Numbered from the whole stretch's first letter, positions 23,397 to 36,083 are shown. The stretch: DNA of 63,262 nucleotides, filler included, from Globobulimina sp. (GCA_003354225.1; 22 parts of 22 records of this genome joined end to end with filler, not necessarily neighbours in it); one strand, 5' to 3'. A program made the numbers and translations. The notes: generated by a model not told the origin, from the letters alone.

Positions 23397-25560
23397 TCAA
23401 TGAATTATTAGGTTATTTGTTTGATTTTCCTGCCAACTGTACCAATGACCAGCACTAAGCACCAATTGCTCCGCATTAGGATCAGGTTCTTTGTTTTGCG
23501 GAGGTAACATCGTAACATAATACAGATTCACTTTTTCTTGCAAAAATGTTACAATATCAGAATTATTCGCAGCAACATTATTATGCTCCGTTGGATCCGT
23601 TTCAATGTCATACAAATAAATTTCCGATGCTGCATTATATTCATTTTCAACTTTGATACCATCCATATTAGAAACAGGAAACCACGGAGCCGGAGCTACA
23701 TTTTGTAACAGTTTCCATTTTCCACTCCTTATCGCTGATTGATTGTTAGTTAATGGGTCAATGTTAAGTAATATTTCAGTTCTGGGTGAAGTATTATTAT
23801 TTATTAATGCTTCCCACATATTATATCCATCCAATGTAGCTAAAGTATTAATATTTGGATTGATGATCCCAGCCAATGTCACATACCAATCCTGAGGAAA
23901 TTATTTATTTACAAATATTTACCTCTAGAATTGAAATAAAATCAACATACTGTCACATGCATCAGCCCTCTATATCTGTAGCCAGATTTATATTCATTTG
24001 GTTTTATTTCAAACAACGGCGTATATACAAATGCAGCACCTCCGACAAACACAAAATGTGTCCATTAGGAAAAAAGTGAATATATATAAAATCATTTTAT
24101 ACCATATACCTCTGATCCCACCCTCCCACAATTGAGCTTTTTGTCCACGCAAAGGATAATTGGACATAGCTTCAGCATTGAACTGAGCGGCTGGCGCTCC
24201 GTTATCACTTGAAAAAATTAGTAACGTTTCATTCCATAAACCAGTCTGTTTGAGCGTGTCTGTAATATTTCGGACTGCATCATCCAATGCACCAAGCATT
24301 CCGGCGTATGTTCTTCGATTTGTATTATTAATCTGTTTTTGTTGGTTTATATACCATTCCGGTGCTTGCAAAACATCTCCTGATGGATCTGCACAATTTG
24401 GTTCGCAGCTAGCCGCGCCATGAACCGCTTCGAATGGCAAATATAAAAATAATTGTTTACCGTCATTGACATGTTCAGCAGCGAACGTTTTGATTACATC
24501 AACAGCATATTGACAGAATAAATTTGTTGAATACATTCCAGTTTGATTTAAATCATACACATCTGTTGTTAGATTGTGATAACCTAAATCAACGGCAGTG
24601 TAATTGCCACAGTTCCAACACGGACTGGTATGGTTCCTAAAATTTAAAATTTTAAATTACGAACAAAGAAATATGTATAAATATTCTATGATACAAACCA
24701 ATATTCTTCATTTCCTGTGTAATATCCTATATGTTTATATACTGAAAATATAGAATGTTAAATCTGAAATAATTTGTAGAAGCATACCATAAAAATGATC
24801 GAATCCTCTTTCTTGTGGAGTAAATTTTCTTTTGTAGAAACCTTTTTGTTTTTGGAGAATGTTTTTCAAAGAAATTAATATGTAAATTATGTAGAACTAT
24901 TATACCTAAATGCCATTTGCCTGGATATATATTGAAAAAAGAAGAAAACGGATTGGTGATTGAAGCAAAAAAATAACATACCAATCATATGCGTTTCATA
25001 GTTTGCATTTTGTTTTAAATATTGAGGCATTATAATCACGTCTTTGCCGTTAATTGTTAATGGCAATGCATCAGGAACGGAATCTCGGATTACGCCGTGT
25101 TGTAAGCCAGTATGAATAGGATATTTGCCGCTCATTAATGCACTGTGACAAGTACAGTATAATATGAATTTAATATATTTATCAGTGGATCTGGTATATA
25201 CTGTATAATACCTTCGCGTTGGTGAACATATCGGTTGAACCTATATTTGATCATTCAGTTTATATTCGAATATTGGATATAAATATATAATTATATATAT
25301 AACAACTACTCAACATAGTAGTTATCTAAAATTATTCCTTTTGTTGCGTAATTCTGAAGAGTTGGTGTTTTGATGGTGCTCAGTCCATTGGCAAAATATA
25401 CATCACCCCTTTACAATATATTATGTCTGTGTAAAAATCAGAAACATGACCTATGTGAGATCTGATAGTCATACCATCCTAAATCGTCAGCCAAGACAAA
25501 TACAATATGTAAACTGCAGCTGGTTCGAATTAACAACAACAATAAAATAAACGAAGACAT
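23397..25560 (-). CDS. Arylsulfatase B-like sulfatase, multi-exon
   Basis: HIVFVLADDLGW, VQPICSPTR (CxPxR), GKYPIHTGLQHGVI, GKWHLG, FSSDNG, NYPLRGQKAQLWEGGIR; many short GT-AG introns. Confidence 0.93.
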
Positions 25561-25639
25561 TTTGTGAGTAAAACTTCTTTTCTTCGAGCTTTTTAATAAC
25601 AAAAAGTGCAAGATTTGAAACAAAGCACACACGAATTAC

Positions 25640-25842
25640 ATGATGAATTTGTTAATACCGCTATTAATGACAATGGGAAAGGTAGCTCAATCCTCTCCGA
25701 ATATAATAATGGTAATGGTAGATGATATGGGTTCGTATACTTTATAATATGATCGATATTATATTTTTTTAAAATTATATAATTTATTTTGTCAGGTTAT
25801 GGAGATGTGTCGTATAACAATGGAACAGCGTTATGTCCCAAT
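25640..25842 (+). CDS. Second sulfatase, N-terminal fragment (intron 25731-25795); not in the ORF track
   Basis: Spliced product MMNLLIPLLMTMGKVAQSSPNIIMVMVDDMGYGDVSYNNGTALCPN has a signal peptide and the sulfatase PNII..DDxGYGD motif. Confidence 0.85.
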
Positions 25843-26223
25843 NNNNNNNNNNNNNNNNNNNNNNNNNNNNNNNNNNNNNNNNNNNNTTAATTAATTAANN
25901 NNNNNNNNNNNNNNNNNNNNNNNNNNNNNNNNNNNNNNNNNNAATTTGTAAAAAGTAATGATATTGCAAAAACCATGAAATTATTAAAAGTATGAAGTGA
26001 GCTAGTCAACACATAAATGCAACATGGCTTTGTCATTAAAATAATTTTGTTGATGGTCTTGTTCCTTATTATTATTATATAGTTGAATCAAGCTTGAAAT
26101 AGGTTTTTTTGTTTGAATATTTAACGTGCCAGTTCTTAACGATATATTCCAAAATCCAAAAGATAACCTCCCGCCTCCATTTTCTAACTTAGCAAGTTGT
26201 TGGTACTGTCAATTGTTCTAAGA

Positions 26224-27567
26224 ATGCGGTCATTAAATTTAAATCCAACATTTTGTATACATATAGTATTAATAATTGGTGTGTACATATTGCTAACATA
26301 TCATTTGTCGAATAAAAGTGAAATGAATAAAGTTGCTGTTAATGACATATACATTGTAGAAAGTGAGTCAAGTGACGAAAATGAGGACCAATTAAGCATT
26401 CCATCATTAATTCTGATTGGTCCGCCAAAAACAGGAACAACATATATTTATTCATATTTATTGCCGCGATTATTTGAAAAAGTAATAACGTTCCAAAACA
26501 GTGTAGAAAGATTTGAATTAGGTAATGAAAAGTGTTTGGATCAAGACATGATTAAATACCCACAAAAATGGCAATTTTATCCATTAAATTTATCACTTTA
26601 TATTGATGCCGCAATAAACAACGAAATACATAGTAACACAACAAAATGTATAATATTTAATTACGATCATGAATGGATGAAAATGAATGAAGCAAAACAT
26701 TTTTTAAAATGGAAAATACATTCAAACAAAACATGTGTTCCACCACAATATTATAATAAATATAGTATTAAATATAATAAATGCGATTTTTGTATCACTG
26801 TGGAAAAAAATCCTCATTATGCAATATCACCGATAGTACCCATTTTATTAACTCATTTTAAACCAAAAACAAAAATATTAATCACGATTCGTAATCCAAT
26901 AAAGCAAATTTGGTCATTTTATTTTCAAGAAAAATCAAATCATAAACAATATGATATTATGTTTACTCGGAACAATTATAATTACACAAAAGTAATCCAA
27001 CAATGTCAAAATGAAATAATATATTTATTTGAAGAAAATTATGCATTTAGCAATTCATCAAATTTATGCAATACATTTATTAATGACAATAATTCTGATT
27101 ACCAATATTTTGTAAGTAAACATTTTGAAATGCATTTTAATAAAAAACTCTATCCCAAACAAGTTAAAAGACTTATTTTTGCGCCATGGTATTTTTATCA
27201 AATTATAACATGGATTGTAGCATACAATGATATTAATATTAACAATGATAAAATTAATAAATATTTTAAAATATTACAAAGTGACTGGTTTTATAAAAAT
27301 ATTGAAAAAACAATGGTTTTATTAAATGAATGGGGATTAAATGATGATGCGATTTCGAATAAAAATATAAAAACAAAGACCAACCAATTAAACAATGAAT
27401 ATATTCATAATAAAAATAAATATAATATTGGACATACAACAGAGATAAATATGACAAATAGCTTCAAACAATTTTTAAGCACTAAATATAATAAATGTAA
27501 CAATGCACTTTTAAAGTTACTACTTAATAACCATGACTTGTTGATGGGTGAATGGATTGATTGGTAA
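26224..27567 (+). CDS. Type II membrane sulfotransferase (HS3ST/NDST-like)
   Basis: N-terminal TM; PSLILIGPPKTGTT (5'-PSB), EKNPHY, KILITIRNPIKQIWS (3'-PB). Confidence 0.85.
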   Translation: MRSLNLNPTFCIHIVLIIGVYILLTYHLSNKSEMNKVAVNDIYIVESESSDENEDQLSIPSLILIGPPKTGTTYIYSYLLPRLFEKVITFQNSVERFELGNEKCLDQDMIKYPQKWQFYPLNLSLYIDAAINNEIHSNTTKCIIFNYDHEWMKMNEAKHFLKWKIHSNKTCVPPQYYNKYSIKYNKCDFCITVEKNPHYAISPIVPILLTHFKPKTKILITIRNPIKQIWSFYFQEKSNHKQYDIMFTRNNYNYTKVIQQCQNEIIYLFEENYAFSNSSNLCNTFINDNNSDYQYFVSKHFEMHFNKKLYPKQVKRLIFAPWYFYQIITWIVAYNDININNDKINKYFKILQSDWFYKNIEKTMVLLNEWGLNDDAISNKNIKTKTNQLNNEYIHNKNKYNIGHTTEINMTNSFKQFLSTKYNKCNNALLKLLLNNHDLLMGEWIDW

Positions 27568-27694
27568 AAAAACAATAAAACAATAAATACAACTTTCGAA
27601 TTCATTGTTTTTCTTTCTTTCATTGTTTTTCTTTTCGGTTCCGCTCCCTTTTTATTTTTACATTTCCTGTTGCTTTAATTGAGATAAATGAAAC

Positions 27695-28408
27695 ATGCCA
27701 CGAGGTCCGTCTTTTAAGAAGTTGTTTGTGCTCATTATATGCATGTTGGTAGTCTATTATTATTATAACTATCAAGCCATATCACCGTCAAACGGATATG
27801 GCTATACCGGTACATCAGGAGATGGCTATAAATCAAAATCAAAACCGAGAACATTTATTTTTAATGTTGATTCACGACCAATATTGTCAGTAACCACAGA
27901 CACAGATACCGATTCGGTGCCAAATGTAAGCCCAAAAAACTATTGGTCATTTGCTGCAATTTCAAATTATTTGTATTCTTTACATCACGGATATAAATAT
28001 TACTATTTATATGCAAATATATCGTGTCATGGATTCATTTGTGATTCATATTATGACAATTTCACGGTCCATCCCGCCTGGATCAAAATTAAAGGAATAT
28101 TATGGATGTTAAATCATATGAATGATAATGACATTGCAGTATATATGGACAGCGATGTCATGATAAACAAAAAATATTTTAATTTATCCTTGATTGATTT
28201 TTATATAAATTCAAATCATTCGTTTATATTTACAAATGATTTTCAATCAAAATTTGATTGGAATAATACTTATAAATGTGAGAAAAATTCAATTTTGCTC
28301 TTAATCGATGATAAAACAGCATGGTTTCGAATGATACGTGACTCAAATTACACATATTCATCAGCATTAAACAATAGGTTTGCAATGTCTTTTACAGGAT
28401 TCGGATAA
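27695..28408 (+). CDS. GT34/MNN10-like glycosyltransferase, apparently truncated by a foreign segment
   Basis: N-terminal TM, NYLYSLHHGYKY, HPAWIKI, YMDSD (DxD); diverges at YSSALN where composition changes. Confidence 0.7.
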   Translation: MPRGPSFKKLFVLIICMLVVYYYYNYQAISPSNGYGYTGTSGDGYKSKSKPRTFIFNVDSRPILSVTTDTDTDSVPNVSPKNYWSFAAISNYLYSLHHGYKYYYLYANISCHGFICDSYYDNFTVHPAWIKIKGILWMLNHMNDNDIAVYMDSDVMINKKYFNLSLIDFYINSNHSFIFTNDFQSKFDWNNTYKCEKNSILLLIDDKTAWFRMIRDSNYTYSSALNNRFAMSFTGFG

Positions 28409-28722
28409 ATGGCAATATTACCATAAGTAGCGCCTTCCGGTTCGCTGATGCTTGAATGGTCTTCGATCAGCAATTTCCTGAAACCGATCTCGCCAAGGCC
28501 ACTGTCGTAATGTTCAAAAACCAATTTCCAGATGCTGCTCTCCTGGTCGCTCACAAAATATACCAGCGAATCTTCAAGTATATAAGTCGGAGGCATTCCG
28601 CTAAGGGCATACCAGTAGTTACCGATGGTAGAAATATTTGCAGAATCCAGATCAGCAATTTTATAATCAACATAAGCAGTGTCAACCGGGGAATAGGAGG
28701 CAATCTGGATATTATAATTTTG
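28348..28722 (-). other. Bacteroidota-like gene fragment with the start of a T9SS C-terminal sorting domain
   Basis: Open from the contig edge: NISTIGNYW..LEDSLVYFVSDQESSIWKLVF..GEIGFRK..NIAIYPNPVKDIANL; higher GC, no introns. Confidence 0.7.
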
Positions 28723-28997
28723 NNNNNNNNNNNNNNNNNNNNNNNNNNNNNNNNNNNNNNNNNNNNTTAATTAATTAANNNNNNNNNNNNNNNNNNNNNN
28801 NNNNNNNNNNNNNNNNNNNNNNTTACATTATTTATTTAAACCTGAACACAGATCAACTGCAAACATAGAAATCCGATCACCAAAAACATGTGACGGTCGT
28901 GACTATAATGATGATTTTGATTGATTGCATTGAAGCGCAAGGATGATTTATGAAACAGTTAAGCAGATATTAAATAACACAATCCAATGAATTATAA

Positions 28998-29692
28998 TTA
29001 CATAATATTATCCAAAACAATCCGCAATTCTGATCCATTGAAATTTAGACCTTGTAATTTATCCATTGCAGTGACTGATTGATTTTGAATTGAATATTCA
29101 ACAAAGGCAACACCAGGATTTGATTCATCGTAAAGAACACGAACAAAGCCAGGGAATTTAGCAAACACTTTTTCCAACATTGAAATGTTTGGATTAATGG
29201 GAACATCCTCTATTCTTAGTCTTGAATATTCATCTTTTTTATTTCTGTTTTTATGATGCGATCGCTTATGATATCCATGATCATGATATGCTTTTTTATT
29301 TATTGCTGCTGCTTGCGCCAATTTTCCTTGATGTTCCAAAAGTTTTTTTGATTTTGTTTTAGCATACGAAATATCCATTTTTTTACCAAAAAAATTTACT
29401 CCACGTCCTCCATCAATTGCTTTTGTTGCGGATCGCGTATCTTTGAATACAATAAATGCCTGACCTCTCATTTTGATTGTTTTCATTGTAACAATGTCGA
29501 TTATTTGGCCAAATTGAGAAAAAAATAAGTATAAACATGTCCGAAGCTCTTAATTATAATTATAAAAATCCTTGCGTTAATTGCAAATAAATGTAATTAA
29601 TAAAATAAAAACGTACCATCTTTTGATAACTTCTCATCAAGATTCCGAATGTAAATTGTCTCATTTTTTGCGTGTTGTGGTCTAGCATTCAT
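28998..29692 (-). CDS. U1A/U2B'' snRNP two-RRM protein (intron 29549-29616)
   Basis: Spliced [51 protein letters not shown]; second RRM FAKFPGF..VAFVEY. Confidence 0.92.
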
Positions 29693-29875
29693 GGTTCTGA
29701 TGGTTGAGGGGGCAAATGCAAGCAAGTTAGGTTAGTAAAAATTTAACATCTTCATACAATGTCAATTAGGTCATAGACGCGTTATCATATGATTTCAAAA
29801 CACTAAAGCTGAGTATCTCCGACATACTGTACGCTGTAAATAAACATATTCAAAATTTATCAATTTAATATTACT

Positions 29876-31279
29876 TTACTTATTATCTATCTCTTCAACA
29901 ATATTAGGAATATTGATATTTACTTTATTTCTTATTTCAGCTGTTTCTAATCCAATTTGTTGGCTATTATCATCATCTCCATTATCTTTCAAATCATCCT
30001 CAGATTCATCACAAACAATTTCATTATCACTTTGTTCATAGTCATCTTCCTCGTTTTCATCGCCTCTTTCCCTCCTTCTCCGCTCTCGTTTTGCTCTCCT
30101 TTTTTGTTTTAAAATTTTCTGTTTTAAATCGAATTTTTGTTTAAATGCTAAATATGGATAAAAGTCATTTGGTTCACGAATCTCAATCTCTTTTTTATCC
30201 ACATTTATATTTTTATTATTTGGATCATTATCATTTATTAATGCTTGTTTTAATTCTCTCTCTGCATTTTCTCTCCTTTTTTGCGATATAATCTCAATTT
30301 TACTGATCTTTCCATCCAACTGTGTTAGCAAATAATTATATGCTTTCACTAAAATTTTACAAACATAGCAATGCAAAAATACCATATGAATGACTCGATG
30401 AGCAAAATACTTCAAACTCACATCATGCGTCACAAAAACGCAGGTTATGTTTTGTTGGCGGTTCAGTCGCAACAATAAATCCATGATAATGTTACTATTT
30501 TTTGTATCCAAATCCCCGGTGGGCTCATCCAGCAATAACACATCCGGATTATTAGCAACTGCCCGGCTGATGGTCACTCGCTGCTGCTCACCGCCAGATA
30601 GCTGTGACGGTAAATGGTCCGCACGATTGCCAATCCCAACATGGCCCAATAAATGGAGTGCCCGCTCCCGTATTTGCGACGAAGATAATGTGCCATGCAA
30701 AATCATCGGCAATTCAACATTTTCAACAGCAGTCATTGAACCAATTAAATTGCTTTCAATATGTATATATATATTATATATTTCATTAATTCAAAAGGTG
30801 GATAGAAAATTAATACTAAACAATGTCTGAAAACAAAAGCCAATTTTTCGGAGACGTAGGTTTGCGACGGCAGTATCTGTGGTTTTATTGCATATTCTTT
30901 TGCCTGTAATGTATATGTCGCCCTTTGTTGGTTTATCAATTGTACCGATTATATTCAACATCGATGTTTTACCCCCTCCCGATTTGCCTAATATTACAAT
31001 AAATTCGCCACGATTAATAGTGACGGATACACCACGCAACGCCGGCACCCCTTCTAATCCCAACAAATAGGTTTTATGGATATTGCGCAAACGAATGATT
31101 GCTTCAGGTTTGGACGAATCAAAGGAGGAGGAATTCGAATGTGAAAATATATCATAATTATTGTTTTTATTTGTAGGAGATGATGACAATTGAACTTCTG
31201 GTGACTGACCAGTTCCATTTATTGTTGTTAGTTCAACTGGTTCTGGCACATTCAATTTGCTGCTGAGTCGATTGTACAT
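29876..31279 (-). CDS. LolD/MacB-type stand-alone ABC ATPase (ABCH-like), 2 introns
   Basis: ALRGVSVTI, GKSGGGKTS, HLPSQLSGGEQQRV, LLLDEPTGDLD, VTHD; introns near 30752-30825 and 30322-30382. Confidence 0.9.
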
Positions 31280-31702
31280 TATTGCGTTTTTTAGCTGTTT
31301 GTTGTTGACAGTAAAAACTGCTAAATTAATGGAAATATATTTAACTTATTTTATACTTTATATAAAACCTTAAAACGCAACATTTTTACAACATCTAATT
31401 TAGCAACAAAAACCGTTAAATTAGTCTTTGAGTTACAAATCAAGCACCATGCCTACGTTTCGGAATTAGCATAACCAAACCACTGACCCATTGATGTTGG
31501 ACATAATGAATACAATACACGTTATACACCAAACAATGTTATGGATGAACGTAGGAGGGGACAGGCCCCAAAAACCCAAGAGGAATTTTTTTCTTTTTTT
31601 AANNNNNNNNNNNNNNNNNNNNNNNNNNNNNNNNNNNNNNNNNNNNTTAATTAATTAANNNNNNNNNNNNNNNNNNNNNNNNNNNNNNNNNNNNNNNNNN
31701 NN

Positions 31703-33544
31703 GCTTCTTCGTTGTGGTCGTCTTATGGCAGTAAAATAGTGTCCAACTCCATTGATAAAAGCATTCGTGCGGAGAAAAAGTACAATAAAATGGAGCAGAG
31801 TGTGAAACAAAAAATATCAGTGGTTAAATCTGTAAAATATGAAGATATTGTCAATAAATACCCAACTGTTTCCAAATTGAGTAAGGTGCCTATTCGCGCA
31901 AAGTCCACTGTTTCTAAATTGTCTCAAAATGTGTTGAAACCATTGTATCAAAGCAGTGGGACTGTCCAGACACAGGCAGACAATGATAAAATTTGTGATT
32001 TTGTGACCTATTCACCGCCTAAATTGCTTCCATTTGAGAAACGCATAAACTACAAAGCTGAACACAAAATGATGAAAGCAATGTCGCCAGAGATTGTTGA
32101 CCCGGATGATGTTATTGATGCGCACTGTGATGAACACTGCGCAGAATTGTTGACCAATGCTACAGATACAATCAGCACACCATACAGTGCTGTTACGTAT
32201 AATGTAAATATAAGATCTTTTAGCATTGATAACGAAGAATGTGGAGAGTCGCACCCAGATTCAGACTCTGACTCTGACTCCGATTCAAATTCAAATTCAC
32301 ACTCTCGCACACCATCAATTGCCACAATTCAACATCTGCCATTATCTCGATCAGTTTCTGCAAAATCGAACATATCAAACGTGTCTATTTTAACTGAGAG
32401 CAATTATATAAACATGTTTCATTCAATGAAAGAGACATTTGAGCATTACTATTATTATAATAATATGTTAATGACAGAGCAACAGCATTTGATGTCGCGT
32501 TTGAAACAATTAGAAGCTATACGTATTAACTTTTTATTTTGCATTGTAAAATCATTTGAATATAATCTGTTTGAATTCGATGTGGCGACATTTGAACGTA
32601 ATATCCCACAATTTAATTTTGCTCTATTCACTGAATTTAATCACGATTTGACTGCCAATCATAACTGTGACACATTAACAAATCTGCGCTTATTTTATTT
32701 AAATTATTTACAAACGTTTATATTTAATATAAATAATTTATTGCAACTTTATAATGAAATATATATAAATAGATCGAAAACAGCAATCGCTGGCAATTTG
32801 AATATTGCAGACCGATGGAATCAATTCAGTCGAACCGTAACTTCAGCCATGACCACTTATGCTGAAGATGTGAAAAATTTGATGGGTGGACAACGCAGAA
32901 CACTTAAATCGAGAATGCAGTTTGAATATGCATTGGGCACTAAAATGGGACAAATATTAAATGGCGTACAGCTGACCATAAATACGCATCGTACAGAATT
33001 AAATAATGCATTTTTGCCACAAAGCTCCAATAACAGCACTCGTAACAGTGATAAACAGGATATTAAGGAAGAAGAGGAAAATGAAATCCTCAATGATCCG
33101 TTAACCATGGCATTGGATAATCCGTTGGCAGCATTGAATGGACCAACGGAGAAAGCTCCATTGCAACCTGCTGACCATACATTTAATGAACCGGAGGAAA
33201 ATAAAGAGGAAGATAACCCATTGTTGATCATTGAAGAGGCATTGGCGGAGTTAAAATTAGTTAAAGATGCATTATTGGGCAATTTAGATGAGACCCAATT
33301 GGAATTATGGTTAAATTGGACATTTGTCGAACCGTCACCCGAACCATTACCAAAATCTAATGCACCACGACGGAGAAAACCTGCACCGCCATCTGCACAT
33401 AATGCCAATGCACATAGAAGGAATCTTTCTAGTTCGGGTCTACCGCCGCCGAAAAAAGCAATTAAAAATAGGAAATCTCCAAATTTAAAATATGTTCAAG
33501 CACATTCAACACATTCTGCATTACCGCAACATCCACTCGATTGA
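31703..33544 (+). CDS. Hypothetical protein (5' partial) with DS repeats and a Pro-rich tail
   Basis: Uninterrupted ORF of over 600 aa; no family recognised. Confidence 0.7.
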   Translation, partial: ASSLWSSYGSKIVSNSIDKSIRAEKKYNKMEQSVKQKISVVKSVKYEDIVNKYPTVSKLSKVPIRAKSTVSKLSQNVLKPLYQSSGTVQTQADNDKICDFVTYSPPKLLPFEKRINYKAEHKMMKAMSPEIVDPDDVIDAHCDEHCAELLTNATDTISTPYSAVTYNVNIRSFSIDNEECGESHPDSDSDSDSDSNSNSHSRTPSIATIQHLPLSRSVSAKSNISNVSILTESNYINMFHSMKETFEHYYYYNNMLMTEQQHLMSRLKQLEAIRINFLFCIVKSFEYNLFEFDVATFERNIPQFNFALFTEFNHDLTANHNCDTLTNLRLFYLNYLQTFIFNINNLLQLYNEIYINRSKTAIAGNLNIADRWNQFSRTVTSAMTTYAEDVKNLMGGQRRTLKSRMQFEYALGTKMGQILNGVQLTINTHRTELNNAFLPQSSNNSTRNSDKQDIKEEEENEILNDPLTMALDNPLAALNGPTEKAPLQPADHTFNEPEENKEEDNPLLIIEEALAELKLVKDALLGNLDETQLELWLNWTFVEPSPEPLPKSNAPRRRKPAPPSAHNANAHRRNLSSSGLPPPKKAIKNRKSPNLKYVQAHSTHSALPQHPLD

Positions 33545-33907
33545 CAATCATTTTCATATTGTATTATACATATAAATAACTGTTAGTTTTGGGTTTTTTT
33601 TACAGATTTAGTTGCTAAAACTTTGCCCTCTTTAAGTTGGTTTTTAATTCCCTCTGCCCGGAATTATTCGGACTTACATCCTGATACTACTAACTAAGCT
33701 GTTTTTTATTTGCATAGCCGTCTGTTTTCATAATATTATATGCATAATTATTTCGCATCGAATATTACAACTTGTAGTAGTAGTTTTATTTTAGTTGACA
33801 ATAAATAGTACACGTATGACACAAAAAAAAGTCAAAATGGTTAATAAATACCATAACAATTTGTTTAATGTTTAATAAATAAAACTTGAATTTGATTGGT
33901 TTCATCA

Positions 33908-34482
33908 TTATTGATACTCATTGCGCGATGGCAATGATGTTGATCTAAAAAATTTTGGTAATTTTTTTTTCTTACTAATAACAAGTGGTGAACTTAAAGA
34001 ACTTTTTAACGACGTTCGTTCCCTAAACTTTGGCAGTGAGAATAAGGTATCGTTTTCATCCGTGTAACTCTCCTCTTTTTCCTTATTTTCAATCTCATCC
34101 TCATAACTCTGGTGTAAAACCATTTTAATTGCTTTTAAGTGACTTAACCGGATTGATTCTTGTAGGGCCGGATTAAGTGACTTGACCGGATTAAGTGACA
34201 TACTGCTGCTGTCTCTATGCCTCAGGCCGGCATACGTATTCATATTATTTTCCTTCAAAAAACTACGCAATGATTCATCCGCACAACGAACTTCTTCTGG
34301 AGTAAATTTAATGTACAATGTTAAAAATGATGTTAAAAATACACAAATTGATAAAATGATAAATGAGAAATGATATTTTAAACTATTGGTAGCAAACCAA
34401 AACACTGTAATACTATATAAAAATGAACCGACTGTACCACCAGCTCCTACGATGCCATATATTGCTCCAATTTTATCGGGAG
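33908..34482 (-). CDS. NRT2: NRT2/NarK-type MFS nitrate/nitrite transporter, C-terminal part
   Basis: Frame open to the contig edge: PDKIGAIYGIVGAGGTVGSFL (second nitrate-signature-like motif), last TM, then KFTPEE. Confidence 0.7.
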
Positions 34483-35040
34483 NNNNNNNNNNNNNNNNNN
34501 NNNNNNNNNNNNNNNNNNNNNNNNNNTTAATTAATTAANNNNNNNNNNNNNNNNNNNNNNNNNNNNNNNNNNNNNNNNNNNNCAGCTGTCCAACATAATC
34601 AACAAATATCCCATTGCAAATAAATGCATATGATACATTTCATTAAACAACATTCCCGGTTGCATTTGGAGTAAGCCTGAAAATGTGTTTTTATTTTGCG
34701 GGTTGAACTTAATTAAATTCTTCAAAACTTTAAGAACTCCAGAAATCACACTTAATTAATTTTAAACTAAAGAGGAAGTGATCATTTGGACATTAACAAA
34801 TCTTCAAAATACTATTAAATTCCCAGTAGATCTCTGATTAACTCATTGGATCACAAAATACCATTATAATTAATCAAAGCACAAACAAATGAAAAACAAG
34901 TCATTCAAACGCAAAACCAAAAAATAAAAAAAAAAAACACCACAAAAAATTATAATTAACGTTAAGAATATCGATTAAAAAAAGATAGCAAAAAAATCAA
35001 ATAATTATGTTATAACAATACAAAATATGCTATAACAATA

Positions 35041-35829
35041 TTATTTACTGCAGCCAGAACATTTAATTTTCTGTTTCAATTTCTGCAATTTACCATTTCC
35101 ATCGTGTAACTTTATTTTTTTCTTATTTATTTTATTCTGTCGGACTGATTTCTGAGCTTCGAAATCTGATTTTTGTTTTTCAATGATTTGTTGAATTAAA
35201 GCATCGAAGGATTGATTGACATTTCTTGCGGTTTTAGCTGAAGTTTCAAAAAAATGAATTTTATAATCTTTAGCTAATTGGGAAGCTCTGTTGTATGATA
35301 CCTGTCTTTCATTGATTAAATCGCATTTGTTTCCAACTAATATAATAATTGGAGGGAATGAAGAATTTCTTTCAATTTGATTTAACCAATACCTTACATT
35401 TAAAAATGATGCTTCCTCCGCGACATCATACACTAACATGATACCATCTGCTCCTCGATAGTACGCATTAGTAATATTTCGAAACCTTTCTTGTCCGGCT
35501 GTATCCCAAATGGATACCTTGCATTGTGTCTGATCCTCGTCATCGAGCGCCATATATTTGATTTTAAAATCAATACCAATGGTTGTTAAAACTATAGTAA
35601 ATTAAAAAAAAATGTTTGTACGTATAATGATCAACAAAACAGCAAGTTATAACATACAATTTGGAGAAAATGAGTCTTCGATATATCGTACAATCAATGC
35701 GCTTTTCCCAACTCCACTATCACCAACAGTTAATATTTTGGGTTTGTAGACAGATGGTTTGGTGCTTGTATTGCTCTCATTTGAATCGTTACTGTGCTTT
35801 CTTGAAAAAAGTTTCTTTAATAATGCCAT
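35041..35829 (-). CDS. Rab8/Rab1-like small GTPase (2 exons)
   Basis: GDSGVGKS, spliced [32 protein letters not shown]-terminal CxxC. Confidence 0.93.
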
Positions 35830-36083
35830 CTTCTGTCAACCAATAAACTTAAGTTTTTTTTTTTAAATTCAAGCAACCAAAGTCAATATATTTTGGAACT
35901 AATTATAATTCGAAATACTTTAGAATAGGATGTGTTTATGATAAAAACGAAGAAGATTGAAGATACAACAAAAAAGAAGCATATATAACGAGTACATGAA
36001 TATATATTAAAAAAAACAACACAAAAAAGTGAAAAAACAAACACAAAAAATACAAACAAACGAATATGAGTATAGTTAAACCG

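Noticed and set aside
23397..28408. Sulfatase-sulfotransferase-glycosyltransferase gene cluster
   Set aside because: Crosses an artificial linker; only the within-contig pairs are real neighbours
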